Positions 37,870 to 55,525 are shown, counted from the first letter of the stretch. The stretch is 64,000 nucleotides of DNA from Eledone cirrhosa (GCA_964016885.1 OZ024741.1:394196001-394260000), one strand, 5' to 3'. The notes: generated by a model not told the origin, from the letters alone. A program made the numbers and translations.

Positions 37870-39913
37870 TATAGCGAGGATTCTGGGTTGCATGAATGTA
37901 ACAAGGAATACATGGTTTGTGTAGATAATATTTAATTAACAATGGTAGATAGTATAGTTGACATGTCAAAGAAATAGATGATAGAATGAAACAAAGTTAA
38001 TCGTTACCGTTTTGATTACCAGGCAAACGCGGCTGGCAGAGGGCGCCTGGCTAAGGCCAGGCGCCTGCTGACCAAATGAATGGCAGAGCCAAATGAGAGG
38101 CTCTTGACCTGGTGCCGAAAAGGCAATGAGAGAATGAGAACTTACAGTTGTTAGTTTTATAGGGTTCTGACCGGAAGTTACAGAAAAGGTTCTACTTCCC
38201 GTCTAGATGTTAAACCAAACAAGGGAGACAACCGCTACATAACCTCCCGCCAGAATTTTAGTGTATAAAAATCGAAATGAAATATGTAGCAAGTTGGCGA
38301 GAATGTTGTAACAGGCATGAAAATTACGACAAAAGAATGTTTGCAAAAATCAATGATAGATATCAAGGTAGCAAACCGCTCTTGGCCAGAGAACGACTGG
38401 ACATCTATCTATCCATCACCCAAAGATTCATTGTAATAAAGTAAGAGAAGAGCTCAAAGTTCAAATGTACAAAATAAAGTTCACTTGACAGCAGGAAAGA
38501 AAGTGTGTTCCAGAGAATGAATGCAGGTGGTTTCTGTTCTGTGGTATATCGTGAAATTTCCAACCTCCGAATGGATTTTCTCACAGGAAGAGTGCTGCAA
38601 AAATAAATTCTCTGGCTTTGGTTGTTGGTGAAGCTGTGTTGATGTATTGCTGCCGCCGCCGTTGCTGCTGCTGTTGTCTCGCTGAGTGAGCGTATTCGGT
38701 GTTTAAATTCACAGTAAAAAAAATTTTTTTAGAAAAAAAAATGAGTTGCGCAAAGTGCTAGAAATAGCAGCCGAAGTTGATGGTCGATGTTGAGAATGCG
38801 TTGACCTGGAAGGGTCAAGAGGCCAGCGACCAGAGAAATAAGCATTCTTAATAAATGCGCGGTTATCAACGGTAAATTTACATTGTAAATTTATAAACCG
38901 GCAAATAGAAGAATATAGCTTAAGGCTGAAGAATCCTTGGCGAGAAATGTTATCTCTGGCGTGCGGCTATGTCTGTGAGTAGAGACATCTCTGTGAATCG
39001 AGAATTTGTGCTGCCTACACGTGCCAATACAAGGTTGAAAAAAATAATATTTCTAACGCGCGAGAAAATGATAGTGCAATTTTGAAAGTGACAATGATGA
39101 AAAAGAAAGGCTTCACTCAGCATAATTATTGGTGTGAACTTTGGGAAAAAAAAAACTTGAACGATGAAGAAAACGATGAACAAAAAGGCAATGGTTCATC
39201 GAAAATAAATGTTCCTGTTGAAATGTTTTTTTAAAGAATATCAAATTTTTTTTTTTTGTGTGTTTTGAAAGAGTTCGTTGTAAGAAACGAGAAACATGTA
39301 TATATATCGTGAAATGCGACAGTTAGTTGATGCGTGAGAGAAAAAGTCTGTCTGAACGAGAATTCCACATGTGCGTGTGTGCGTTTGTTTCTTTTACTAA
39401 GTATTTTCATAGTTTGTCGATAAATTTACTGTGTATTCGTAATGTTACTCACACCAAACCAGATGTGCTATTTTTTTCTTTTTTTGGGGTGACCACTTAT
39501 AGCGATGAACGGCTGGGTGTTCGTATCACGTCGGGGTCACCAATATAGCGAGGATTCTTGGTTGCATGAATGTAACAAGGAATACATGGTTTGTGTAGAT
39601 AATATTTAATTAACAATGGTAGATAGTATAGTTGACATGTCAAAGAAATAGATGATAGAATGAAACAAAGTTAATCGTTACCGTTTTGATTGCCAGGCAA
39701 ACGCGGCTGGCAGAGGGCGCCTGGCTAAGGCCAGGCGCCTGCTGGCCAAATGAATGGCAGAGCCAAATGAGAGGCTCTTGACCTGGTGCCGAAAAGGCAA
39801 TGAGAGAATGAGAACTTACAGTTGTTAGTTTTATAGGGTTCTGACCGGAAGTTACAGAAAAGGTTCTACTTCCCGTCTAGATGTTAAACCAAACAAGGGA
39901 GACAACCGCTACA
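37870..39913 (-). mobile_element. Non-autonomous LTR retrotransposon (Gypsy-like cis signals)
   Basis: 370-bp LTRs at 37870-38239 and 39544-39913 (3 differences noticed). Termini tgtagcg...cgctata on minus. TSD ACAC. PBS tggtgaccccgacgtgat. PPT-like ctggcgggagg. Confidence 0.93.
39525..39542 (-). promoter_or_regulatory. Primer-binding site complementary to the tRNA-Trp 3' end
   Basis: Plus strand atcacgtcggggtcacca equals the eukaryotic tRNA-Trp 3' terminus including CCA, 1 nt from the LTR. Confidence 0.88.
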
Positions 39914-40027
39914 ACACTATCGTATATCATATATTATATAGCAAATGTATCCCAAGGCGCAGGTGGGACAGTTAATCAAATAAACATACATGTAGTTAAT
40001 GGTAAATATGCTAAGGAGTGTTTAATT

Positions 40028-40197
40028 AATTGTTTCTGGCCAGCAATTACCCAGTGTGTTACTGGTACTTTATTTTATCGACCACGTAAGGATGAAAGGC
40101 AAAGTTAACCTTGGCAGGATTTGAACTCAGAATGGCAAGGGCCGTAACTCTATGCGTCAAAGCATGGCGTCCGACCCTCTACCGATACTGCCAATCC
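40028..40197 (-). mobile_element. SINE family A
   Basis: ggccagcaattacccagtg...ctaccgatactgccaatcc. Confidence 0.88.
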
Positions 40198-40339
40198 CCC
40201 GCCCTAGTGTTTAATTAATGGAAAGTATAATGTATCGGGGACATAGAGGGTAAAAGAATTTAGATAAAGGATGAATAACATGCATATAAATGGTCTAGTC
40301 GTAAGCAAATACAGAGTGGTAGTAATGGGAGTAAAAAAA

Positions 40340-41285
40340 TACAAATATAAACTATAAGATATAGGAATACAAAATAACAAATAGGATGTAACATATAAAC
40401 ATATAAACAAATAAACTGCAGAGCTCAAAACCAGTAAAGCTTAAAACAGAAAATAACTGGAAGAGATATCTAGATGATTGTTTCATCCTTTGGCTTGAAA
40501 GTATAGAGAGACTTAAAGAATTTAAAGCACTTCTAAATGGACTTAACACAAAGATTCAATTTACGATGAAATACAGCCATCAGCAACTTCCCTTCTTCGA
40601 CATCCTTATCAAGAAAACTAACAACAAAATAGAAACAGACATATTCTATAAGCCTATAGACTACAAGCAATATCTTCCATTCAACTCATGCCACCCGAGA
40701 CACACTAATATGAATATCCCCTACAACCTAGCCAAAAGGATTTGTAAAATAGTATCTAATAGAAACACCTGTTACATGCGACTACAGGAGCTAAAGGACA
40801 CACTCATCAGCAGGAATTACCCACCATCCCTAATTAGCAATGGATTCCAACGTGCCCTAAAAGTATCCAGGAACATAGACACCCCAAACTAAAGAATGAA
40901 TCGAAACTGAAAGCCCTAACATACATCTCCACACAAAACCCTATAAACAATGAGGCCTTCGACACCATCCTCCACAACATCCCTTAACTAAAAAGAAATC
41001 ATAGAATGAACCAAATCTTTCATAAAGAGAAAAGACAACCCAAATCAATGAAAAATATCCTAACACAGGCCAAAGCCCAATCGACAACAACAACGAAACC
41101 AACAGTAAAAAAAAATGCAGAAGACCCAACTGTGACATATGTGTCAACCTAATAGAGGGATCGGAGTTCTGCTTTACTGTGAAAAACAATTTCATATGCG
41201 CATCAGAAAACCTGATATATGTATTAACTTGCTCAAGCTTACGAGAGCAGTACGGAGGACAAACTAAAAACAGACTTCATCAGCG
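40340..41285 (+). pseudogene. PLE (Neptune-like) RT, Zn-knuckle and GIY-YIG start
   Basis: WKRYLDDCF, LPFFDILI, FYKP...YLPFNSCHP, CRRPNCDIC, CASENLIYVLTC...QYGGQT. Confidence 0.88.
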
Positions 41286-41417
41286 ATCGCTCCCACCCTT
41301 GCGAATGCTGGACTAGAGCCAACTTATGCAAATGAGATTAATCACCTCATTTACACAGACAAGGAAACCATATATTCTCACCTGTTTTCAAGGCCAGCAG
41401 TCGCAAGGGTGGGAGGG

Positions 41418-41461
41418 ATCGTCCTGATAAGAACCAGTTAAGTTCGGAATGTATCGACGAT
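41418..41461 (+). ncRNA. Degenerate hammerhead ribozyme
   Basis: atcgtc CTGATAA gaac cagttaa gttc GGAA tgta TC gacgat. Stems I and II are perfect; two core substitutions. Confidence 0.55.
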
Positions 41462-41619
41462 TGTCCCCATTGCTTCTGTTGGACACTACCAGAGGGCGTT
41501 AGTCCCGGTGTTTCGCATAGTTACGGCTTTCTTTCTAAATGTTTATCTATAAACATACTGTACTGTATTTCTTTAGAAATACGAAATTTCAATACATATC
41601 TGTATACAGCTACATCCTA

Positions 41620-43577
<1,958 letters not shown>

Positions 43578-43777
43578 NNNNNNNNNNNNNNNNNNNNNNN
43601 NNNNNNNNNNNNNNNNNNNNNNNNNNNNNNNNNNNNNNNNNNNNNNNNNNNNNNNNNNNNNNNNNNNNNNNNNNNNNNNNNNNNNNNNNNNNNNNNNNNN
43701 NNNNNNNNNNNNNNNNNNNNNNNNNNNNNNNNNNNNNNNNNNNNNNNNNNNNNNNNNNNNNNNNNNNNNNNNNNNNN
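43578..43777. other. Assembly gap (200 N)
   Basis: Run of N. Confidence 1.
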
Positions 43778-43893
43778 TATGACTCCAGTTCCCCAGTGAA
43801 TTAACAACCCAACAAGGAACTGGGCATATCAGAGTATTGACAATATCATACACCTAAACAACATATGTACTTGTCTATACCATACTAATTCAA

Positions 43894-43948
43894 ACTGCCT
43901 GAAGAGGTCACAGCCAAAGATGGCTGTCACTGAAATATATATAGCAGT
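43894..43948 (+). ncRNA. Hammerhead ribozyme (family H3)
   Basis: actgc CTGAAGA ggtcacagcca aaga tggctgtcact GAAA tatata TA gcagt, followed by aataaa. Confidence 0.82.
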
Positions 43949-43989
43949 AATAAAGGAAGCTAAATTTTAATCATTTGACTTTTATTTAA

Positions 43990-44909
<920 letters not shown>

Positions 44910-44999
44910 AACCAGTAAGACCCCGACAGCTGAGCTCAAGCCGTTTCGACGGCTAATCCTGGACTCTTCCTTCGTTATATATATATACACTTCCTTCGT

Positions 45000-45061
<62 letters not shown>

Positions 45062-45117
45062 TATATAAAATAAGTAAGTCAAACATGTTAAATTTTGCTT
45101 CGTTTATTATAAATTGT

Positions 45118-45170
45118 CTGCTATATATATTTCAGTGACAGCTATTATTGGCTGTGACCTCTTCAGGCAG
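45118..45170 (-). ncRNA. Hammerhead ribozyme (H3)
   Basis: Reverse complement of 45387-45439. Confidence 0.8.
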
Positions 45171-45386
45171 TACGAATTAATGTAGAAAGAACAGGTAAAC
45201 ATGGTGTTGAAATGTGTTCCACTATTAATTCATCGATATGTCCAGCTCTTGGGTGTGTTGTTAGTCATATGATTCCAGTTCTTCGTAGGACTAACAACAC
45301 ACCCAGGAGCTGAACATATCGATGAATTGACAGAGAGGATCACATTTCACCACCATGTTTACCTGTTCTTTCTACATTAATTCGTA

Positions 45387-45439
45387 CTGCCTGAAGAGGT
45401 CACAGCCAATAATAGCTGTCACTGAAATATATATAGCAG
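45387..45439 (+). ncRNA. Hammerhead ribozyme (H3)
   Basis: ctgc CTGAAGA ggtcacagc caataata gctgtcact GAAA tatata TA gcag. Confidence 0.8.
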
Positions 45440-45894
45440 ACAATTTATAATAAACGAAGCAAAATTTAACATGTTTGACTTACTTATTTTACATTACTCC
45501 GGAGTAAACAATCCAACCTGCGTACACCGTCGAGTGCTCCACCTGCATACTGAGGTATCGATAAAAAACCAACACATACTCAAAAAAATAATATATATAT
45601 ATATATCTGCCTTCCTGTTTTTGTTCCCATCCAACTTTTCACTCTCTATATATACATATATATATATATATATTGTAACATGTAACCCAGTACAATCTGT
45701 CTCATGGTCGGGTCGTCGGCGACTAAACTGGCAGCCCCACCAAGTTTAATTGGTGAGGAGGGTGATTTTATTTTGGACACCCTGCAGGACAAATAACAAA
45801 ACCTAACAAATGGCAGAAAAACTCATAAGAGCATGTATATACCGTATGGGTGTGAGTGTGTATAGGATTGATTGGATTGCATGTTTGTCTGTAT

Positions 45895-45960
<66 letters not shown>

Positions 45961-46104
45961 CATAAAAGAATTTTAAAACATTTTAAAAACCTTTTAAACC
46001 TTTTTAATCTCTTAGAATCCTTTTAAAACTTTTTTTTATTTAAAAAATGTTTTAAAAACCCTTTTAAAACTTAAAAACCCCTTTTAAAATATTTTTTTTT
46101 TAAT

Positions 46105-48940
46105 GAAAGAGTCAGTGAATCATTGTAACTCATTTGCGGGTGTGGTGACCCGCAGATGGGTAAAAGAAAATCCACAGGGAGTGAAGGACCCCGAGCTATT
46201 GTTACAGTATCTTTCTAAAAGAGGGAAACTTTGAAATAAAACCTGCAGTTGATGTGATTACTGATCATATGGCTTGGGCCTGTCACCAGACAGAAACTCA
46301 GAGATTGGTGCTCGTGTAGCACAAGCGTTTGCGACTATAATCCAATGATGTACAGATGTCTCTTTTGTGATCTCATCTGTCATTTTTACAACTGAAAGTC
46401 CTGTGGTGATGGAGGAGTGGTGACATGTGCAGACCTGACCAGTTGAATGTATATAGTTGCAAATCTACACATAGGCGGCAGGGGTCTTATCATAACATCG
46501 TTGTTATGTCTTCCTGTGACAGGGGCTAACTCCGGTGGAGACGCCTGTGTCTGAGCAGCCCTATCAGGGAGAGCACCGCTCACCCAAATTCTTGGGAAGG
46601 TGCTAGAAAAGGTGCATTAAAAATTGCCTGTCACATCAATGTTGGGTAGTTTATTGCCGCTATCGGCGGTTCATTCAAGCAGGAAAAGAAAAAGTGATGG
46701 ACACAGTAAAACATTTATGACAAATCGAATCAAACTCAATATTTGTTGGAATGTCAGAACCCTTCTGGACAAAATCTCATCAAACCAGCCAGAAAGAAGA
46801 ACCTCAGTGGTTACAAAGGAACTCCAAAGATTAAATATAGATATTGCAGCCTTATCAGAAACACGTCTATCAAGGTGTGATCAGCTGACTGAAGCATCAT
46901 CAGGTTTAACACTTTTCTGGACAGGGAAACCAAAAGGAGAACGGTGAGATGATTATGTAGGTTTTTCAGTGCGAGAAACTCTAGCACAACATTTAAAGTG
47001 CCCCTCTAGAATCAGTGACCATATAATAAAGTTGCGCATTCCACTTGCATGTTGGCGATGTGCAACTATTCTGTCAGTTTATGCTCCGACTCATGCTACA
47101 ATTACATCTACTTCAGTCGAAGAAAAAGTGGTCATTCTTGGTGATTTCAATGCCTGGGTTGTCAGAGACCATGTGACATGGGATGCACTAGGCCATTACA
47201 ACATCGGTAAGATAAATGCCAATGATTTGAAGCTATTTGAGCTTCGTTCGGAACTCAACCTAGCCATTTGCAATGCATTCTTCCGCCAAAAGAAAAAGCA
47301 TAAAGTTACCTGGATACACCCAAGGTCAAAATATGGCCACATGATAGATTTCATAGTAACCCAGAGATGCGACCTGAATGATGTCTGTAATGTGTGCGTC
47401 ATGCGTAGTGCAGAATGCAACATAGATCATACGAAGGTTCAGGAGAAGTTTAAGTTACGTATTCGGAAAAATTCTCGTATGTGCGGGATCAAAAGTCTGA
47501 AGAGTATTGATGTTGGAAAGTTAAAACGGCAAGAGGTATGTGAGACTTTGAATAAACGTTTGAATAATATTGACTTTGATGGAACGTGGATAAACTTCAG
47601 GGATTGATTGTATACAGCAGGAGCAGAAGAACTTGGATTCAGGGCGAAAAAACAACATAAAGACTGGTTTGATGATAATAATCTGGTTATCAGCCGACTA
47701 TTAAAGAAAAAAAAACATGCTCTTCATGAGAAACTTCTGGGGGAGTGCCTTACGAATTTAACTGCTATTAAAAAGACATAAAGAATATAAACCCAACTCG
47801 AACTGAGAAGGCTTAAAAATAAATGGTGGTTAAAGATCTCTGAAGATATTCAAAGTGCTTATAGCGCAAAGGATTCAAAACTGTTTTATAGTCTTGTGTG
47901 TACAGTATAAGGTTCAACATCTTCGTCTGTTGTTCCCACAAGGTCCAAAGACGACACTGCCATCATCAAGGAATCAGAGAAAATCCTTAAGCGTTGGCAA
48001 GAACATTTTACTGATTTATTTGATAATCCATCATCAGTTGATCATGATGTGATAGATGGCATCCCCCAATATGTTGTAAATTTAAAAATGGATCGATTAC
48101 TGGATTATAATGAGGTTAAAATAGCCATCAACCAGTTAAACATGGGTAAAGTACCTGGATCAGATGGAATCCTGTGGAATTGTTAAAGGTTGGTAATAAG
48201 AACATAACACAAACAATACTCCATCTCATCACAGAGTGCTGGGCTAGAGCTCCTATACCACAAGATTGGATAGATGGTATCTTGGTGACCCTGTTTAAAG
48301 GTAAATGGGATAAAGGAGTCTGCGATCACGACTGTGACATCACTCTGTCGGAGTCTGTGGGAAAAAACAACCTTAAAGATCTACAGTTTGAAATTCAGAA
48401 CTGGGAAGTGCTTGCTTTAAAGAGGGGTAAATGGAGAGGACATGTCAAGGAAGTCTGTAGAATGTTTGAAGAGAGACGTCTTGATCATGAAAAACTTAAA
48501 AGTCAGCTTCGAAAAGGCCACAGTATGAACCTCAATAAGAACATGGAGAGCTGGAGTTGTGAAGTGTGTGGTCGTCCACTTCTCTCTAAATATGGGTACA
48601 TCACTCATTTAAAATCACATAAAAAGCCAACTGTATGCAGCTCTATCCCTTCAGTGCTAGGTGAGACAACATGTGTGGTGTGCAAAAAGATCTGTAAATC
48701 AATCTCTGGTCTTAAAAGGAATATGAGGGTACATAAGGATGACATCCCACAAACTGACTCAATAAATCCAATAGAGGGCACATATTTTGTCTGTCACATT
48801 TGCTGCAGATCGTGCAAATCTAATGCTGGATTGGCAAACCACGTAAGAGGCCATGAATGGACGTTTGGAGTTCGTGGTGATGGTTGATGGAGGTGCATAG
48901 GGAGATGGCAATCATCTGCAAAGATGAACCAATCACCTTG
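46105..48940 (+). mobile_element. RTE LINE: 5' UTR, APE endonuclease, RT deleted, three C-terminal C2H2 fingers
   Basis: CWNVRTL...DIAALSETR, VYAPT, ILGDFNA, HPRSK.GHMIDF, IPQDW.D..LFKGK, then a jump at ~48360 to the 3' end with CEVC..H...H, CVVC..(N)...H and CHIC..H...H. Confidence 0.9.
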
Positions 48941-49193
48941 TATATATATATATATGTATGTATATGTATGTATGTATGTATGTATACGTACATACATATA
49001 TGTATACAGACGTACAGTAGTATGTACGTATACATACATACATACATTTAAGTAAGTGCCGTACTAAGAGTGAGAAATGAAATTTCGTTTCATTCTATTC
49101 CATTTATGTATGTATATATGTATGTATACATATATGTATATATATATGAATGTATATATATATGTGTATATAAAGTCTATGTATATATATATT

Positions 49194-50021
49194 TATTGAT
49201 TTATTGATATTTTATCTGAGTGACCCGAATCTTCCAGATCGTAATTTTTCGGTCGTATGGTTGATTTTAGACATGATCTATGTGTGTTGGTATTTTAACG
49301 ATAGTTATAGCTCTGATTTATCTGAATTATTGAGCCCTATGCCACTCATTTCGAATTTTGTTTATCGTGAACTCGTGCGCCGATTTTTCGATACTCGATT
49401 ATTCTACTATATTTAGCTCTAGACTTAGCTATTGACCAGTTAATTTTATTGTTCATTTTTTGTCGATTCTATTAAATGATGAATAGCTCCTGTTTATTTT
49501 AACATGTCTATTGAGCACTCTTATTCGATATGTGATTTTCCACATTTTCCCGAATATTTTTTGCGGATATAGAGGTTATCTCCCTTGCTGAATTCCATGT
49601 GCGTTTTCAACTTGGGTTGTGCCTTTTTATTCGTTCGGACAAAAGCTCGTTGAGAAAGTAATTCCTGTCCGCTGCTCTCTAGAAGTCTTATATATTTTTA
49701 TGTGGGCTGATAGAGGACGATTTAAGGATTTACAGAAACCCAAGAAGCTAGATTTACCATCTTTCTAGCGGGTCCGGGTAAGCTTTTTACATTCATTTGA
49801 TTTATTGATTTATTGATATTTTATCTGAGTGACCCGAATCTTCCAGATCGTAATTTTTCGGTCGTATGGTTGATTTTAGACATGATCTATGTGTGTTGGT
49901 ATTTTAACGATAGTTATAGCTCTGATTTATCTGAATTATTGAGCCCTCTGCCACTCATTTCGAATTTTGTTTATCGTAAACTCGTGCGCCGATTTTTCGA
50001 TACTCGATTATTCTACTATAT
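49194..50021. repeat. ~215-bp direct repeats (49194-49411 and 49803-50021), pLTR-like partial tandem
   Basis: Duplicate ORFs 49204 and 49813 are nearly identical. Flanked by (TA)n. Confidence 0.9.
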
Positions 50022-51181
50022 ATATATATATATATATATAGTGACGAAACATAAGTCAATTGCATGAACTCATAATCCTTTATTTACTGCTATATATATT
50101 TCGATGATAGCAGTTAGTCAGTTCTTAGATATGCCAGCTCTGTGTTTATGGTGTTGATGGTATCAGAGCCTTGGGACATATATATATATATGTGTGTGTG
50201 TGTGTATATATATGTATATGAATAAGTTACTCAACAATAAAATCGAAAGATCAATTTATTGTAATCATAGACTCAAAGAAATGTTTTCGCACTACAAGTG
50301 CAAATCGAACCCTTAACCTCTTACTACCACCTGACAAACTGCATATACTTAGCCTTTCTACCCTCTTATTGTATCTAACCCCTTTAATTACCCATAAAAA
50401 CTAATACCTATATCCCTCCCTTCTCCTTCATTCCTTTTCTATTTCTTTTCGTTTTCTTCCTTTCTTCTCTCCGCTTTTTTGCTATCTTTTCTTTTCTTCT
50501 TTCTCCCCCCCCCCCCCCTTCTTTATTTTTATTTTTATTTTTTATATATATATTTATCTCTCTATCTCCCACCCCTCTCTCTCTCCATCCCTCCCACTAT
50601 AAACAATTTAATTCTCTTTAACTCACTACACTGTAAATCGACGACATGAGGTCTACGTATCAAAACTGATCGAGGAATCCTTCCACCTCTACCCCTCCCT
50701 TCATCTCAGTTTGTCACTCTACTTCCTAATTCTTCTCCCCCTTCCTCTCTCTCTATACTACTCCGTTTGTCAATCCACTTTCTAATTCCTCTTCCTCTCT
50801 CTCTATACTAGTAAATACAATTAAAAAAAAATGTTTCTCTATATAATAAGAACTTTTTAAGACTAACTTATTCACTATTTTGAAAATTTGGACGTGAACA
50901 ACAATTATTATTGAGTGGCTGCTATTTGCAGTATAGCAATATAAGGTTGCACTTACCAATGAAACGGTCGTAAATACCTGGATAAAATCCTTTTTTTAAT
51001 GCTCACCTTTGTTTTCTCTTTAATACTTTATACTCCAAGATTGAACGGAATTCTTACAAACTTGTGGAGTTACCCCTAATCTTACGTTGAAACCGTCCAT
51101 GAAACTCGCTTTCTTAACCACGAACTGGATTACAATAAGCAATTTTCTGCTTCCCTAACTATATATATATGTATGTATACA

Positions 51182-51256
<75 letters not shown>

Positions 51257-51259
51257 ATG

Positions 51260-51320
<61 letters not shown>

Positions 51321-51555
51321 ATTTATATATATATAAATTAGAATTGGTGTTCTGAAATAGCGATATATATATGAATGTATATACAGTGTATTTTGCAATA
51401 CACTGTATGCTTAATTAAAAGCATTTTTCAGACCTTACGCTATTGTTTGAAAGTAGTCACAAAGTCACTTACTTCTTTTTTCAGCAAACAAGGGGAGATA
51501 AGCTGACAGAGCTCTGTTTCGTACTTGTTGGTACTTATCAAAGCTCAGCACACCT

Positions 51556-51683
51556 GTTTGCTGAAAATTATGAATGTTGGATTCTTATAGAATTCCAGTA
51601 ATAATCAGGAACTGATTATTACTGGAATTCTATAAGAATCCAACATTCTATGAGAATCCAACATTCATAATTTTCAGCAAACA
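51556..51683. repeat. Palindrome, 3-nt loop, small duplication in right arm
   Basis: gaattccagtaataatcag-gaa-ctgattattactggaattc. Confidence 0.9.
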
Positions 51684-51747
51684 TATTGTATAAAGCTGTG
51701 CTTGAAGCGAAATCTTATTTCTTATATATATATATATATATATAAGA

Positions 51748-51863
<116 letters not shown>

Positions 51864-51890
51864 TATATATATATATATAAAAATATATAT

Positions 51891-52353
<463 letters not shown>

Positions 52354-52643
52354 CTGACCTAAGAGAAGTATAAATAAATAAGTAAATTAAATTAAATAAA
52401 ATAAGATAAATAAATACATACACAAGCACATAAACACACACTAGTCACCCAGCAGACACAACACTATACACACTAGTCACACATCACACATAACACTATA
52501 CACACACGCAAACGCATGCGCAAAGAAGACAAAATAAAATAAGATAAACAAACAAGCTAATAAATAAATAAATATATAGACAGACTGAACAAAAAAAATG
52601 GCGTAGACATACAACACAACAGGAGGAACAATGAATATAACAC

Positions 52644-52682
52644 CACTGACGATGTTGCAGATGTGCAACGAAAGATTTATGT
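52644..52682 (+). ncRNA. Minimal hammerhead-like motif
   Basis: ca CTGACGA t gttgca gatg tgcaac GAAA gatt TA tg. Perfect stem II, weak stem I. Confidence 0.55.
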
Positions 52683-52909
52683 AAATTATGTAAACTATAT
52701 ATATATGTGTTTGTCTATATTGTATCTGTATTATTTTTGACCGCCGGTCAGTCAATGGCAACATTGAGGACCGAGTAAGTTAGATCGCAGATATATATAT
52801 ATAAAAGACAGCGAGAAGCGAAAACCAACCAAACAGTGAGTGTGTTCTGTTATTAATTCTGGCAATATTACGCAAATATGACCCTCCCCAAATATAACAA
52901 TATAAATAT

Positions 52910-52940
<31 letters not shown>

Positions 52941-52943
52941 AAT

Positions 52944-52998
<55 letters not shown>

Positions 52999-53001
52999 AA
53001 T

Positions 53002-53034
<33 letters not shown>

Positions 53035-53037
53035 AAT

Positions 53038-53068
<31 letters not shown>

Positions 53069-53087
53069 AATATATATATATATAAAT

Positions 53088-53144
<57 letters not shown>

Positions 53145-53147
53145 AAT

Positions 53148-53178
<31 letters not shown>

Positions 53179-53181
53179 AAT

Positions 53182-53230
<49 letters not shown>

Positions 53231-53233
53231 AAT

Positions 53234-53286
<53 letters not shown>

Positions 53287-53289
53287 AAT

Positions 53290-53346
<57 letters not shown>

Positions 53347-53425
53347 TATATATATATAAATATATATATATATAAATATATATATATATAAATATATATA
53401 TATATAAATATATATATATATAAAT

Positions 53426-53456
<31 letters not shown>

Positions 53457-53459
53457 AAT

Positions 53460-53580
<121 letters not shown>

Positions 53581-53583
53581 AAT

Positions 53584-53616
<33 letters not shown>

Positions 53617-53841
53617 AATATATATATCGTTTCTGAATTTGTTTAGTAAGATTCTTTATCTGAAATCGTGTGTTGAAACCGATATTGTTATACTTTGGGA
53701 GGGTCATGTTGCCAATAAGAAACACACGCACCAGTTGCTTTCACTTCAATTTAATTTATTATATATTTATAAATTTACAAATTTATAAATTTCTGGTTGG
53801 TTGGTTGGTTCCACAACCAGATAGTTGTTTATATATATATA

Positions 53842-53884
53842 GTCATAGTTCTTTCGTCACACACTCTGTGACCTCTTCAGTGAC
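53842..53884 (-). ncRNA. Minimal hammerhead ribozyme (H2) in PLE tail 53625-53940
   Basis: gtca CTGAAGA g gtcac agagtgt gtgac GAAA gaac TA tgac. Confidence 0.72.
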
Positions 53885-54088
53885 TGGGGATTTCTTTCTT
53901 CGTTTCTGTGCCTTTCCTTTCTTCTATCCTACGCCATTTTTTAAATATATATAAATATATATATATATAAATATATATATATAAATATATATATATATAA
54001 ATATATATAAATATATATATATATAAATATATTTATATATATATATATATATATATAAATATATATATATATAAATATATATATAAAT

Positions 54089-54123
<35 letters not shown>

Positions 54124-54126
54124 AAT

Positions 54127-54984
<858 letters not shown>

Positions 54985-55468
54985 TATATTTATACATATA
55001 CATATATATATATATATATAATGTGTGTGTGTGTGTGTATGCATGCATATATATATATATCATCATCATCATCATCACTGTTTTGTGTCCATTTGTCCAT
55101 TATGTCCATGGATTAGACGGGTTGTCCTGTTGTGGGCAATGCCAGGTTAGTAAGTAGTGACCTGGTTTTATACCGTGCCGCTTACACATCCACTTTACAG
55201 TGTGGTCTGTGTGCTTTTTTGTGTTGACACATACACGACTACTTTACAGTGGAAGCGGAGTGGGACCATAAATTCTATATGTTTCAGCTTCGTCTTGTAC
55301 CCATGGGAAGTCGGGTCTTCTGTATTACAGCATAACGCCAGAGGTCTAAATCCTGTGTCATCGCCTTTGAGAGGTGCAATTGGGTAAGGTCAGCTTTTGT
55401 CACCTCATCCTAGGTCTTCTAGGTCTCCCCACTCCAAGGCTTCCATCGACTTTAAGTGGTCTGTACCT

Positions 55469-55519
<51 letters not shown>

Positions 55520-55525
<6 letters not shown>

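Larger units (their letters stand above)
45066..45490. mobile_element. Fold-back palindrome of an HHR-bearing tail
   Basis: Arms ~200 bp around loop ~45267-45290. The right arm continues to ~45590. Confidence 0.92.

Noticed and set aside
37870-38239. LTR retrozyme (HHR inside the LTR)
   Set aside because: No CUGAnGA/GAAA core pair found on either strand of the LTR.
50920-50980. HHR 3' half gaaacggtcgta
   Set aside because: No upstream CUGAnGA; too decayed to call.
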